NCBI GenBank assembly: GCA_030704615.1
Contig: CM060732.1
Location: forward strand, 15,748,001-15,812,000
Length of the DNA stretch: 64,000 nt
Source of the DNA: Takakia lepidozioides
Taxonomy: Eukaryota; Plantae; Bryophyta
Direction: 5' to 3'
The translations under genes and the position numbers were made by a program. Positions 63,429 to 64,000 of the stretch are shown in pieces; the first letter of the stretch is position 1; each line of letters opens with the position of its first letter. The notes beneath the pieces are model-generated. The model did not search any database, had not been told where the DNA came from, and worked only from the letters and a program-made list of their open reading frames with translations.

Positions 63429-63704
63429 CTAGGACACGACAATAGATGCTGCCGCAATGGAACTCAAGGAAGGGGAGGAGGTTGAAATAGACAGCGGATC
63501 ATTCTGATCCCTGCTTGAACCTGAACCCTCTTTCCCAGGTTTGTCCCTGGCAAGCTTTTCTTTGGCGCTGTGGAAATCATCAATGGTACGGAATTCCTCT
63601 GAAAGTAACCTCTCCAGCTCGGGATGCTTTTTCAGTGGCCTCTTATTCTTGTCCTTGCGGTAGAAGTGAAAGGCCCTGCAGCATAGTTCATCGTTGTTCA
63701 CATA
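63429..63704 (-). CDS. Terminal coding exon of an unidentified host gene continuing beyond the window
   Basis: Acceptor CTGACAG at 63705, then open frame YVNNDELCCRAFHFYRKDKNKRPLKKHPELERLLSEEFRTIDDF... to TAG, followed at once by donor-like GTGAG. Confidence 0.6.
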   Translation of the reverse strand, partial: YVNNDELCCRAFHFYRKDKNKRPLKKHPELERLLSEEFRTIDDFHSAKEKLARDKPGKEGSGSSRDQNDPLSISTSSPSLSSIAAASIVVS

Positions 63705-64000
63705 CTGTCAGTGACTGGGCAAGCAAGACATACCAGACGCAAGAAAATCACTGCAAACAACTAAGGAGCAATAGCGGTTCCCCTTACATGGAACCTCAGT
63801 GGGAGTACCAACACTGGTGGTGCTCGAGAAAGTACCTTCCTGCCAAAAATCTTCTGATACAACACGCTTCAATTCTAGCCTCAAATATATTGTAGACACC
63901 ACAAGGAGACTTGACAGACCAGATACCTTTATAAAAGCAACAACTATCCAAATAACAAACAGCATACCAATATTTCTCGATTCCATACAGGTTCCCTTTC

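Overview
Eukaryotic, transposon-dense window from a non-seed land plant. The lineage is an inference from PLS-class PPR debris, RTE-X-type LINEs and a plant AUGMIN6 gene. It holds one apparently intact host gene, a ~14-exon AUGMIN subunit 6 (HAUS6) homologue (minus, 12985-22530), and the terminal coding exon of an unidentified gene (63429-63704). The rest is nested, mostly decayed mobile DNA: two Ty3/gypsy families, two CACTA ends (one with Tnp2), an IS3EU-type transposase, stacked RTE-X LINE 3' ends, an internally deleted L1, two tRNA-derived SINE families, a MITE, and a scrambled OSB-PDF/PPR pseudogene. There is a 500-N gap at 6420-6919. The best candidate for an undescribed system is a pair of segments marked by related palindromes. 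(i) 1418-6419 carries an array of GGAAATGCGG-NN-CCGCATTTCC palindromes, two orphan ORFs and a spliced gene with prokaryote-type beta-class amino (N4C/N6A) DNA methyltransferase motifs. (ii) ~41920-47832 carries a GCM-like/MULE DDE/SWIM transposase flanked by GGAAATTCGG-CG-CCGAATTTCC palindromes, including a 3x~96-bp higher-order repeat. The ATGCGG half-site matches the core of the known GCM-domain site, suggesting a Mutator-like transposon family carrying a methyltransferase cargo. Both copies are degraded and the link between them is inferred. All calls come from reading the sequence and recalled motifs; no searches were run.
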